64,000 nucleotides of DNA from an uncultured Gammaproteobacteria bacterium (GTDB taxonomy: Bacteria > Patescibacteriota > Microgenomatia > Levybacterales > UBA12049): contig CAZAZU010000001.1 in assembly GCA_964490105.1 (NCBI GenBank), positions 22,706-86,705 on the forward strand. The letters run 5' to 3'. Below are positions 46,136 to 55,650 of the stretch, one piece after another; the stretch's first letter is position 1; each line of letters opens with the position of its first letter. The notes under the pieces are model-generated. The model made no database searches, was not told the DNA's origin, and worked only from the letters and a program-made list of their open reading frames with translations. The position numbers were made by a program, and so were the translations under genes.

Positions 46136-47582
46136 TTCTCAAAACGAAAAAGTTAACGTTGTAGACAAAAATTTAAAAACTCTTTATAAAACCACGAAAA
46201 AAGAAGCTCACGAAAAAGGATTACTTCATAAGACTGTTATAGCTGAGGTGGTTGATTCCAAAGGGAGATATTTGCTCGTTAAACAAGCTCCAGACAGACA
46301 AGACGCGGGAAAATTTGTTTCTCCAGTTGGAGGGCATGTAAGATCGAATGAAACAGATGAAGAAGCTTTAGAAAGAGAGGCGTTTGAAGAATTAGGAATT
46401 AAAAACTTCAGCCATGAATATTTGGGGAATATTATTTTTAACAGAAAAATACTTGGGAGAGCGGAAAATCATTACTTTATTATTTATAAAATAAAATGGG
46501 ACAAGAAAATAAAATTAAATCATGAGTCAGTTGAAAGCAAGTGGTTTACTGTTAAGGAGTTAAAATTTGCTTTAAAAAATAATAGAGAAATTTTTGGAGC
46601 AGCATATTTAACTTGTCCGCTTGAAATGTATTTAGGAACCGTTAAAAAAAGTATGGAGAAAAATAAAAATGCATTAATTAAAACAGTTGATTTAAAAGGA
46701 TTTGGGAAAAAATATCAAGGAAAAGTTAGGGATTGCTACATAAAGGGAGATAAAAGAATTCTCGTTACAACTGATCGAATTTCTGCGTTTGATGTTATTC
46801 TTGGATTTATTCCTGGGAAAGGTGCGGTGCTAAATCAGTTAGCTGCTTTTTGGTTTGAAAAAACTTCGGACATAATCCCGAATCATCTTATTTCAGTTCC
46901 TCATCCGAATGTGAGTATTGTAAAAAACGTAAAATTAATTCCTATTGAAATGGTTGTAAGAGGTTATATCTCTGGTGTTACTAATACGTCAATATGGGGT
47001 AGTTATCAAAAGGGGGAGAGGGTTATTTATGGAATAAAATTTCCTGATGGACTATCTAAAAATCAAAAATTAAAAACCCCAGTTATTACTCCTACGACTA
47101 AAGCAGAGTCAGGGCACGATGAAAGATTAACTGAGAAAGAAATTATTGATCGAAAAATAGTGACTCCTGGAATTTGGAAGCAAATGAAAAAAGCAGCATT
47201 AGAATTATTCGAAAGAGGAACTAAAATTTGTGAAAAAGGCGGAATAATTTTAGTTGATACAAAATATGAATTTGGACTAGACTCAAGCGGGAAGTTAATT
47301 TTAATTGATGAAATACACACTCCTGATTCTTCAAGATTTTGGATTAAAAAAACTTATAAAGCGCGAATAAAGAAAGGGTTGGAACCGGAAAATTTCGATA
47401 AAGAATTTTTAAGACTTTGGTATGCAAAAAGAGGTTATACCGGATCAGGAAAACCTCCGAAAATGCCGTCAGTACTTGCAAATCAAGTAAGCAAACGTTA
47501 TATTCAAATATATAAAAAGATCACCGGAAAAATACCTGAAAAAGAAGTGGTTCCATTAAGAGAATTACAGATTCAAATTTAG
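46125..47582 (+). CDS. purC: Nudix hydrolase - SAICAR synthetase fusion
   Basis: Nudix box GGHVRSNETDEEALEREAFEELG, then YQGKVRD, TDRISAFD, DTKYEFG, DEIHTPDSSRFW. Confidence 0.92.
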   Translation: MKNNSQNEKVNVVDKNLKTLYKTTKKEAHEKGLLHKTVIAEVVDSKGRYLLVKQAPDRQDAGKFVSPVGGHVRSNETDEEALEREAFEELGIKNFSHEYLGNIIFNRKILGRAENHYFIIYKIKWDKKIKLNHESVESKWFTVKELKFALKNNREIFGAAYLTCPLEMYLGTVKKSMEKNKNALIKTVDLKGFGKKYQGKVRDCYIKGDKRILVTTDRISAFDVILGFIPGKGAVLNQLAAFWFEKTSDIIPNHLISVPHPNVSIVKNVKLIPIEMVVRGYISGVTNTSIWGSYQKGERVIYGIKFPDGLSKNQKLKTPVITPTTKAESGHDERLTEKEIIDRKIVTPGIWKQMKKAALELFERGTKICEKGGIILVDTKYEFGLDSSGKLILIDEIHTPDSSRFWIKKTYKARIKKGLEPENFDKEFLRLWYAKRGYTGSGKPPKMPSVLANQVSKRYIQIYKKITGKIPEKEVVPLRELQIQI

Positions 47583-47585
47583 CTG

Positions 47586-49004
47586 ATGACTTTACAAGAA
47601 CCAGACAAGATGAAGGAAAAATGCGCTGTTTTTGGCGTGTATGGTAGAAAAGGACTTCAAGCTGCAAGACTAACATACTTCGGTCTTTACACACTTCAGC
47701 ATAGGGGACAAGAAAGTTCAGGAATCTCTGCAACCAATGGAAAACAACTGCGCACTCATAAAGCAAATGGACTTGTTACCCAAGTATATAATGAGGAAAA
47801 TTTTAAAGAACTAAAAGGACATATGGCGATAGGGCATAACAGATACTCTACGTCTGGAGGAGTTCATGATTCTCATGCTCAGCCAGTAACATCCCGAAGG
47901 GCAATGCATGACATTTTAGTACTAGCGCATAATGGGAATTTGCCAACTGTAGATAATCTCTCATCTTTTTTAAGAGAGAAAGGTTTTTACACAGATGGTT
48001 TAAATGATTCTGAGTTAATGCATCAAGTAATTAGATATTTTCTTGTTAAAACGGGATCTTTAGAAGAAGCAATAAAAATGTCATTCCCAATGTTTAAGGG
48101 TGCATTTTCTCTTTTAGTAATGACAAAAGATAAAATTGCTGCAGTTAGAGATTCATACGGAATCAGGCCTTTGACTTTGGGGAAATTAGGAGGAGGTTAT
48201 GTATTTTCTTCTGAAACCTGCGCAATTGATACAGTGGATGGAAAATATATTAGAGACGTAAAACCAGGGGAAATGGTGGTGGTGGATTCATCAGGTTTGA
48301 AATCTTACCAGCTCGCTAAGCCAACGCCTAAATTAGATATATTTGAATTTGTGTATTTCGCTAGACCTGACAGTGCACTTCTGGGGAAAAGTGTATATGC
48401 TGTCAGAAGAAATATGGGAGTGCAGCTTGCGAAGGAGAATCCCATAAAAGCAGATGTAGTCATTCCAATTCCTGATTCATCAATTCCTGCAGCGATTGGA
48501 TATGCCGGAGCTCTAAAAATACCGCTTGAATTTGGCCTTACAAAGAACAGATATATTGGACGTACGTTTATTATGCCAGATCAGCATCTAAGAGAAAGAG
48601 GGGTAGAGATGAAGCATAATCCAATCAAGGAAATTATAAAAGATAAAAATGTTGTGGTAATTGATGACTCGATAGTTAGGGGAACTACAGCAAAAAAGCT
48701 TGTGTTAATGTTAAAGAAAAATGGAGCAAAAAAAGTTCATATCATAAGCTCTTCTCCGCCAGTTAAATTTCCAGACTTTTATGGAATCGATACTCCATCA
48801 CAGAAAAATTTAATTGGAGCAAACATGAGTATCCCTAAAATAAAAAAATATATAGGAGCTGATTCGCTATATTTTCTTTCATATAAAGGTCTTTTAAAAG
48901 CAATTGGAGTTCCTGAGAAGGAATTATGTACGGCATGTTTTACCGGCGAATACCCGATTGATATTGGTAAAAAGCGAAAACTTATTAGGTACGAAAACAC
49001 ATGA
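47586..49004 (+). CDS. purF: amidophosphoribosyltransferase
   Basis: propeptide then CAVFG, QHRGQE, GHNRYST, HNGN, DDSIVRGTT. Confidence 0.97.
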   Translation: MTLQEPDKMKEKCAVFGVYGRKGLQAARLTYFGLYTLQHRGQESSGISATNGKQLRTHKANGLVTQVYNEENFKELKGHMAIGHNRYSTSGGVHDSHAQPVTSRRAMHDILVLAHNGNLPTVDNLSSFLREKGFYTDGLNDSELMHQVIRYFLVKTGSLEEAIKMSFPMFKGAFSLLVMTKDKIAAVRDSYGIRPLTLGKLGGGYVFSSETCAIDTVDGKYIRDVKPGEMVVVDSSGLKSYQLAKPTPKLDIFEFVYFARPDSALLGKSVYAVRRNMGVQLAKENPIKADVVIPIPDSSIPAAIGYAGALKIPLEFGLTKNRYIGRTFIMPDQHLRERGVEMKHNPIKEIIKDKNVVVIDDSIVRGTTAKKLVLMLKKNGAKKVHIISSSPPVKFPDFYGIDTPSQKNLIGANMSIPKIKKYIGADSLYFLSYKGLLKAIGVPEKELCTACFTGEYPIDIGKKRKLIRYENT

Positions 49005-49597
49005 AGTCTCTCGCTGTTTTAGTTTCCAATGTGGGTACAGGATCAAATCTTCAAGCGATAATTGACGCTATAAATAATAAAAAAATATCAGCAAAGATTA
49101 GTGTTGTAATAAGTTCAGATACTGACGCATTTGGTTTAGTTCGAGCAGAGAAAAATAAAATAGCTACTGAAATCTCAAATAAAAAAGATCTTCTTAAAAC
49201 TCTAAATAAATATGAAATCGACTATGTGTGTTTAGCGGGTTGGAGATTAATTATTGACAATGAAGTATTAAGAACTTACGAAAATAAAATATTAAACCTT
49301 CATCCGGGTTTGATTCCGGATAGAATTAATGGAAATGTTAAAAACCCAGATGGAACAATTGGTCTTTGGAATAGAGGTAAATTAACAGATGTTGCAATTG
49401 AAAATTTTTTGAATAATAATGCAACTTATGCTGGATCATCAATCCATTTTCTTTCTAATGAATTTGATTTTGGAAAAGTCCTAGATCGAACTTTTGAAAA
49501 AATAAAAAAGTCCGATACCGTTGAAACTTTGTATAAAAGATTAAAAGTTAAAGAAAATAAATTATACGTTAATGTATTAAAAAAACTTTGCAAATGA
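49001..49597 (+). CDS. purN: phosphoribosylglycinamide formyltransferase
   Basis: GSNLQAII, LAGW, LNLHP, GSSIHF..FDFG. Confidence 0.9.
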   Translation: MKSLAVLVSNVGTGSNLQAIIDAINNKKISAKISVVISSDTDAFGLVRAEKNKIATEISNKKDLLKTLNKYEIDYVCLAGWRLIIDNEVLRTYENKILNLHPGLIPDRINGNVKNPDGTIGLWNRGKLTDVAIENFLNNNATYAGSSIHFLSNEFDFGKVLDRTFEKIKKSDTVETLYKRLKVKENKLYVNVLKKLCK

Positions 49598-49599
49598 AT

Positions 49600-49676
49600 C
49601 CCGTTAAAAATAATTATTTAAAAAGTATCTGTTTTAATTTGATCTTTAATCCTTCAAGAAAGGAATTTTTAACGGG
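49600..49676. mobile_element. 77-bp MITE-like element
   Basis: 12-bp terminal inverted repeats cccgttaaaaat/atttttaacggg flanked by ATGAAT direct repeats (49594-49599, 49677-49682). Confidence 0.85.
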
Positions 49677-50975
49677 ATGAATATTTTAATATTAGGATCA
49701 GGCGGCAGGGAGCATGTGTTATCAGATGCATACGCGAAAAATAAAAAAGTAAAGAAAATATTTGTAGCGCCCGGAAATCCATTCATAGATTTTTCAAATA
49801 AAAAAGTTAAATCTCTTTTAGACATTCCTTCAACTGACTTTGAAAAAATAAAAGATACAATCGAGAAATATAAGATTGATCTAGTTGATGTTGCACAGGA
49901 TGATCCTATTGCGTTAGGATTCGTGGATAAGTTAACAGACTTAGGAATAAAAGCATTTGGCCCCACAAAAAATGCCTCAGAAATAGAATGGAGTAAGGAG
50001 TGGTCCAGAAATTTTATGCTTAAGTATCATCTTCCCACACCGCATTTTAAAAGTTTCAATTCACAAAGTCGAGGAATTTTTTATGTTAAATCCTTAAGAG
50101 AGCAGCCACTCTATATTAAAGCATCAGGGCTCGCCCTTGGTAAAGGAGCTATTAGAGCTAGTAATAAAAAGGAGGCTATTCAGGCAATTAAGCAAATGAA
50201 AATTTTCGGTAAAGCTGGAGAAACATTTGTAGTAGAGGAAGCAATGAGTGGAGAAGAGTTTTCTTTATTTGCTATTTGTGATGGGGAAAATTATAAAATT
50301 ATCGGAAGCGCACAGGATCATAAAACAGCATCTAATGGTGACATTGGACCAAATACTGGTGGAATGGGATGCGTAACGAATCCTAAAATTGTAACGCCCA
50401 AAATTATAAACGAGATCGAGAAAAAAATTTTAATTCCATTTATGAAAGGAATGAAAAAGGAAAAAAGAGATTACTCTGGTATTTTATATGTTGGCGGTAT
50501 GGTTACGGAAAAAGGAGTAAAGATTGTAGAATTTAATTCCAGGTGGGGCGATCCCGAAGCTGAAGTATTAATTCCGGGAATATTGTCTGATTATTTAAGT
50601 ATTGTGGAATCCGTTTTAGATAAAAAACTTAATAAATTAAAAATAAAAACTGATAAATTGGTAAGAGTGAGTGTTGCTGGATGCAGTAATGGTTATCCAA
50701 TAGACTATTCAAAGGTAAAAGGAAAAAGAATAATTGGGCTTGAAAAAGCTATTAAATTGCCAAACATAAAAGTTTATGGCGCAGGAATTTCAAAGAATGA
50801 AAATAAATTCGTCGCAGGGGGTGGAAGAGTCTTTCATTTGACAGGAGCAGGATTTACATTATCTCAAGCAAGAATGAGGGCTTACGGAGCGTTGTCTTTA
50901 ATAACAATTGAAAACAATAACTTACATTACAGAACCGACATCGGATGGAGAGATTTAGAAAGAGAAAATCTATGA
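49677..50975 (+). CDS. purD: phosphoribosylamine--glycine ligase
   Basis: GSGGREH, FGP, KASGLALGKG, QDHK, GPNTGGMG, EFNSRWGDPE, GGRV, YRTDIG. Confidence 0.96.
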   Translation: MNILILGSGGREHVLSDAYAKNKKVKKIFVAPGNPFIDFSNKKVKSLLDIPSTDFEKIKDTIEKYKIDLVDVAQDDPIALGFVDKLTDLGIKAFGPTKNASEIEWSKEWSRNFMLKYHLPTPHFKSFNSQSRGIFYVKSLREQPLYIKASGLALGKGAIRASNKKEAIQAIKQMKIFGKAGETFVVEEAMSGEEFSLFAICDGENYKIIGSAQDHKTASNGDIGPNTGGMGCVTNPKIVTPKIINEIEKKILIPFMKGMKKEKRDYSGILYVGGMVTEKGVKIVEFNSRWGDPEAEVLIPGILSDYLSIVESVLDKKLNKLKIKTDKLVRVSVAGCSNGYPIDYSKVKGKRIIGLEKAIKLPNIKVYGAGISKNENKFVAGGGRVFHLTGAGFTLSQARMRAYGALSLITIENNNLHYRTDIGWRDLERENL

Positions 50976-53776
50976 TTCTTACTGTTAGAGTTGCTTCAAA
51001 AAACGAAAGTGAGGATTTAAAGGGGATAGATGTATCTCGTAGAATAAAAGATCCAAGTGTTACAAAAGTGAGATCCGTTAGGGTTTATAGGCTTGAGGGA
51101 ATTAGTAAAAAAACTGCAAAATTTTTAGCAGAAAAATTATTATCAGAATCTATTAACCAAAAATATACAATTGATGAACAAATATTTAATGCCCGTTCTA
51201 AAATAGAAGTTGCATATAAGCCGGGTGTTATGAACCCGGAAGTATCATCAATTTTAAAATCCGCAAAAGATTTAAAAGTAAAACTATTGGCAGCTGATTC
51301 GTCATGGGAGTATCATTTTTTTGGCGCTCTTAGCTTGGAGAATATTAACGAGCTAGGACTATATAATCCTTTAATTGAATATTTAGTGGATAAGCCTCCA
51401 AGGACATTACAAATTTCAGGAAGAGTTGGACCTACGAATACTGTTTTGATTCGGGATTGTTCGGATGATGATCTAATGGAACTTTCTAAGGATAAATTAT
51501 TTTTAAATTTATCAGAGATGAAAGTAATTCAGGAGTATTTCAGGAAAATCAAAAGAGATCCAAATGATATTGAGCTTGAAACTCTTGCACAAACCTGGAG
51601 TGAGCATTGTGCGCATAAAACTTTTAAAGCAAATTTAATAATCGATGGGGAAAAGAAAAAACCGTTAATTGAAAGAATTAAAACTGAAGCTTTAAAACAC
51701 CCTAAAAATATTGTTTCAGCATTTGGAGATAATTCTGGCGTAATGAAATTTTATGATGGGTATTCGATTTGCGGTAAAGTTGAGACTCATAATAGTCCTT
51801 CAGCAATTGAGCCATACGGAGGAGCGATGACTGGAAGTGGGGGAGTTTTTAGAGATGTGCTTGGTACTGGACAAGGAGCTAAGACAATTGCTAGTACTGA
51901 TATATTTTGTTTTGCAGATCCTTCATTACCTAAAAAAGATTTGCCGACAGGGTGTCTTAACCCAAATTACTTACTTAAAAGAGTAGTTGAGGGAGTTAGA
52001 GACTATGGAAATAGAATGGGAATCCCCACAAATAATGGTTCAGTTCATTTTCATAATGATTTTCGCGCGAAACCTACTGTAATTGTTGGAGCATATGGAA
52101 TAATTCCCACAAAAAAAGCAAAAAAGGGAGTGCCGATTAAAGGAGATTTGATAGTCGCTGTTGGGGGAAGGACTGGGCGCGACGGAATTCATGGTGCGAC
52201 TTTTTCATCAGCTGAAATGACTGACAGGACAATTTCTGTAAATTCTTCAGCAGTTCAAATTGGTAATGCTATCGAGGAAAAAAGAATGTTCGATGCGATA
52301 ATTGAGGCCCGTGATTTTGGTTTAATTAGAGCCATAACCGATTGCGGAGCGGGTGGTTTTTCTTCGGCAGTTGGTGAAATAGGATCTAAGACTGGAGTAA
52401 GAGTAGATCTAGCAAATGCTCCGCTTAAATATCACGGGCTGTCTCCTTGGGAGATTTGGGTTTCTGAGTCACAAGAAAGAATGGTAATTGCGATTGCTAA
52501 AAAAGATATAAAAAAATTCTTAGAAATTTGTAAAAAATATAACGTAGAAGCAGCGATCTTAGGAAACTTTACTGATACTAAAAAGCTTGAAGTTTTTTAT
52601 GGAAAAAAACAAATTGCTAACTTATCAATGAAGTTTTTACATGATGGTTTACCTCAAAGGTTGATGATAGGCAAAAAAACTAAAATTGAACACTCAAAGA
52701 AAGAACCTAAGATTCCAAAAAAAGAATCAGAATGGATTGAAATATTTAAAAAGATTTTGTCTCATGGAAATATAAATTCTAAAGAGCCGATTGTTAGAAT
52801 GTATGATCACTCAGTCCAGGGTACAAATGATTTGCAGCCTTATAGTGGAGTAAAGCTAGATTCTCCCAATGACAGTGTAGTGATTCGTCCAATTCTTAAT
52901 AAAAAATATGCAATGGTTTTATCTCATGGTTTGAACCCAATTTTGAATAGAATTAATCCTTATGACGGGAGTATTTGGGCAGGGGTTGAGGCATTATCAA
53001 ATTATGTAAGCGTAGGAGGAAATATTGAGGAAGCCTCTCTTATAAATAATTATATCTGGCCTTTTCCAGATGAAGAATCTTTATATAGTCTTGATCGATC
53101 AGTAGACGCAGTAGTGGACATTATGAGGACTTTAAAAACTCCAGTTATTTCAGGAAAGGATAGTTTGTCGTCAACTTACAGAAAGGGAGATACAGTTATA
53201 AAGATTCCACCGGTTCTTTGCATTTCTGTTTTTGGCAGAATACCGGACGCGACAAAAACTGTATCTTCTGATTTTAAGAAAACAAATTCTACTGTTGTTC
53301 TTGTTGGGAATTTAGATACGAATTCCATGGGGGGATCTGTTTATTTTGATGTAAATAATTTACTTGGAGAAAAAGTTCCCAGAATAGACCTAAAAGATTT
53401 TTCTAAAATTGCAAAATCAATAAACAAGGGAATTGTTAATGGGGATATATTATCATGTCATGATGTTTCAGAAGGAGGCTTGCTTGCAGCTCTTTTTGAA
53501 ATGTGTATCGGAGGAGACATGGGGGTGAATTTTCGACTTCCTAAAAATAAAAGAGAGGATTACTTTCTTTTTAACGAAACAGCGGGAACTTTCTTAGTAG
53601 AAGTTGAAAGCAGAGAAGTGGCTAAAAAACTTTTTAAAAATGTTAATTATTTAATAGTTGGAGAAACTAAAAAAGAAAAAAATATTGAAGTTTTAAATAG
53701 TAAAAAAATATTTAGCGCTAGTTTACCGGATCTAAAAAATGTTTGGCAAAAACCAATGAGGAAAATTTTTCCATGA
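50972..53776 (+). CDS. purL: FGAM synthetase subunit PurL with N-terminal PurS-like extension
   Basis: QTWSEHCAHK, KVETHNSPS, DCGAGG, SESQERM, HDVSEGG; ATGA overlap with purD. Confidence 0.95.
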   Translation: MILTVRVASKNESEDLKGIDVSRRIKDPSVTKVRSVRVYRLEGISKKTAKFLAEKLLSESINQKYTIDEQIFNARSKIEVAYKPGVMNPEVSSILKSAKDLKVKLLAADSSWEYHFFGALSLENINELGLYNPLIEYLVDKPPRTLQISGRVGPTNTVLIRDCSDDDLMELSKDKLFLNLSEMKVIQEYFRKIKRDPNDIELETLAQTWSEHCAHKTFKANLIIDGEKKKPLIERIKTEALKHPKNIVSAFGDNSGVMKFYDGYSICGKVETHNSPSAIEPYGGAMTGSGGVFRDVLGTGQGAKTIASTDIFCFADPSLPKKDLPTGCLNPNYLLKRVVEGVRDYGNRMGIPTNNGSVHFHNDFRAKPTVIVGAYGIIPTKKAKKGVPIKGDLIVAVGGRTGRDGIHGATFSSAEMTDRTISVNSSAVQIGNAIEEKRMFDAIIEARDFGLIRAITDCGAGGFSSAVGEIGSKTGVRVDLANAPLKYHGLSPWEIWVSESQERMVIAIAKKDIKKFLEICKKYNVEAAILGNFTDTKKLEVFYGKKQIANLSMKFLHDGLPQRLMIGKKTKIEHSKKEPKIPKKESEWIEIFKKILSHGNINSKEPIVRMYDHSVQGTNDLQPYSGVKLDSPNDSVVIRPILNKKYAMVLSHGLNPILNRINPYDGSIWAGVEALSNYVSVGGNIEEASLINNYIWPFPDEESLYSLDRSVDAVVDIMRTLKTPVISGKDSLSSTYRKGDTVIKIPPVLCISVFGRIPDATKTVSSDFKKTNSTVVLVGNLDTNSMGGSVYFDVNNLLGEKVPRIDLKDFSKIAKSINKGIVNGDILSCHDVSEGGLLAALFEMCIGGDMGVNFRLPKNKREDYFLFNETAGTFLVEVESREVAKKLFKNVNYLIVGETKKEKNIEVLNSKKIFSASLPDLKNVWQKPMRKIFP

Positions 53777-54555
53777 AAAAACCAAGAGCAATTATTATAA
53801 AAGCAGATGGGATTAACAGAGATGAGGATATGGTTTTCGCATTTAATCTTGCTGGAGCTGATGCAAAATTGGTTCACATTAATGATTTAAGAAGCAAAAA
53901 AGAAAAACTTTCTGATTATCAAATTTTAGGTATTCCCGGAGGTTTTGCTTATGGAGATGACATAGTATCGGGGAAAATTTTAGCAACAGAAATGGTGGCT
54001 TATCTTGGTGATGAGATTCGAAAATTTGTAAAAAGAAAAAACACAGCGGTAATCGGAGTCTGTAATGGGTTTCAGGTTTTAGTGCGCACCGGTCTTGTTC
54101 CGTTTGGAAATATTGGAGAAATGGATGTGACACTTGCTAATAACGATTCAGGACACTTCGAATGCAGATGGATAAAAGTAAAAGTAGAATCAAATTCAAA
54201 AAGTAGATTTTTAGAGGGAATGGAAAATGAGATTTTGTGGTATCCGGTTGCACACGGAGAAGGAAAGTTTTATGCAGATGACAAGATAATTAAAAAAATA
54301 GAAGATGAAAATTTAGTTGCCTTTCGTTATGTAGACGAAAAAGGAAATCCTACGCAAAAATATCCAGATAATCCAAATGGGTCAATTAATGCAATTGTCG
54401 GAGTAACTGATGAGTCTGGAAGAATCTTGGGCCTTATGCCGCATCCTGAGTGTTTTGTCCGTATTGAACAACATCCCAACTGGCGTCGTGGTTTAATCGA
54501 ATCTCCTCAAGGTCTACCTCTTTTTAAAAATATTGTAAATTTTGTAAAACAATGA
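53773..54555 (+). CDS. purQ: FGAM synthetase glutaminase subunit
   Basis: PGGFAYGD, GVCNGFQ, AHGEG, NPNGS, MPHPE. Confidence 0.96.
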   Translation: MKKPRAIIIKADGINRDEDMVFAFNLAGADAKLVHINDLRSKKEKLSDYQILGIPGGFAYGDDIVSGKILATEMVAYLGDEIRKFVKRKNTAVIGVCNGFQVLVRTGLVPFGNIGEMDVTLANNDSGHFECRWIKVKVESNSKSRFLEGMENEILWYPVAHGEGKFYADDKIIKKIEDENLVAFRYVDEKGNPTQKYPDNPNGSINAIVGVTDESGRILGLMPHPECFVRIEQHPNWRRGLIESPQGLPLFKNIVNFVKQ

Positions 54556-55649
54556 GAAAAATCACATATAAATCTTCGGGTGTTGATTATTCAAAATTAG
54601 ATCCAATTAAAAAACTTGCTCAAGATTCAGCTAGAAAAACCTCAAAAAATTTTCCGAAGAGTTTTAATGAAATAGCTGATAGCAGAGGTGAGTCTGCATT
54701 TGTTTGGAAACAGGGAAATCAATTGATGGCATTTGTCATGGAGGGACTCGGAACGAAAAGTCTAGTAGCTGACGGAGTTTACGAGCAATCAAAGAAATCA
54801 TTTTATGGGAATATTGCTCAGGACACTGTTGCAACTATTATTAATGATCTTGTAAGCATTGGCGCAAAGCCATTAATTTTAAATGCTTATTGGGCTGACG
54901 CTGGAGATGGATTTTTACAAGATCCTAAGAGAATGAAAGATTTTATAGTTGGATGGGAAAAAGCTTGTAATCTGTCAGGTGTTGTTTGGGGGGGAGGAGA
55001 GACACCAACATTAAAAGGAATTATTGAAACAAAGTCTGTAGATTTGGGAGGATCAGCTGTAGGATTAATTGATAGTAGTAGGAATTTAATTTCTGATAAA
55101 AAAATAAAAGCTGGGGATCGAATAATTTTAATAAAAAGTAATGGAGTGAATGCAAATGGAATTAGTTTGACACGAGCGATTGCCAAAAAACTTCCTAAAG
55201 GGTACCTGACAAAATTACCAAGTGGAAAATTGTATGGAGAAAGTTTGTTAACTCCTTCAAATATTTATGCAAAAGTAATTTTGGATTTGCAGAAAAATAA
55301 TATAGATATTCATTACGTTTCAAATATTACAGGGCACGGTGTAAGAAAGATTATGAGAGGACGTCCAAAATTTACTTATATAATTGAAAAGATTTACAAA
55401 CCCCAACCCGTTTTTGACTTCATTCAAGCACATGCAGGTTTATCGGATTATGAAATGTATGAAACATATAACATGGGACAGGATTACTGTTTAATTATTC
55501 CAGAAAATGACGTTAATAAATGTTTAAAAATAATTAGTAAAAATAAATTTATAGCTATTAGTGCTGGGTATGTAGAAAAAGGGGAGAAGCAAGTAATAAT
55601 AAAATCTAAAAACTTAATTTACAAAGGTGAAACTTTAGACTTAAGATAA
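54552..55649 (+). CDS. purM: AIR synthetase
   Basis: TYKSSGVD, EGLGTK, GGET, SNGVNANG, NITGHG, TYNMG. Confidence 0.92.
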   Translation: MRKITYKSSGVDYSKLDPIKKLAQDSARKTSKNFPKSFNEIADSRGESAFVWKQGNQLMAFVMEGLGTKSLVADGVYEQSKKSFYGNIAQDTVATIINDLVSIGAKPLILNAYWADAGDGFLQDPKRMKDFIVGWEKACNLSGVVWGGGETPTLKGIIETKSVDLGGSAVGLIDSSRNLISDKKIKAGDRIILIKSNGVNANGISLTRAIAKKLPKGYLTKLPSGKLYGESLLTPSNIYAKVILDLQKNNIDIHYVSNITGHGVRKIMRGRPKFTYIIEKIYKPQPVFDFIQAHAGLSDYEMYETYNMGQDYCLIIPENDVNKCLKIISKNKFIAISAGYVEKGEKQVIIKSKNLIYKGETLDLR

Positions 55650-55650
55650 A

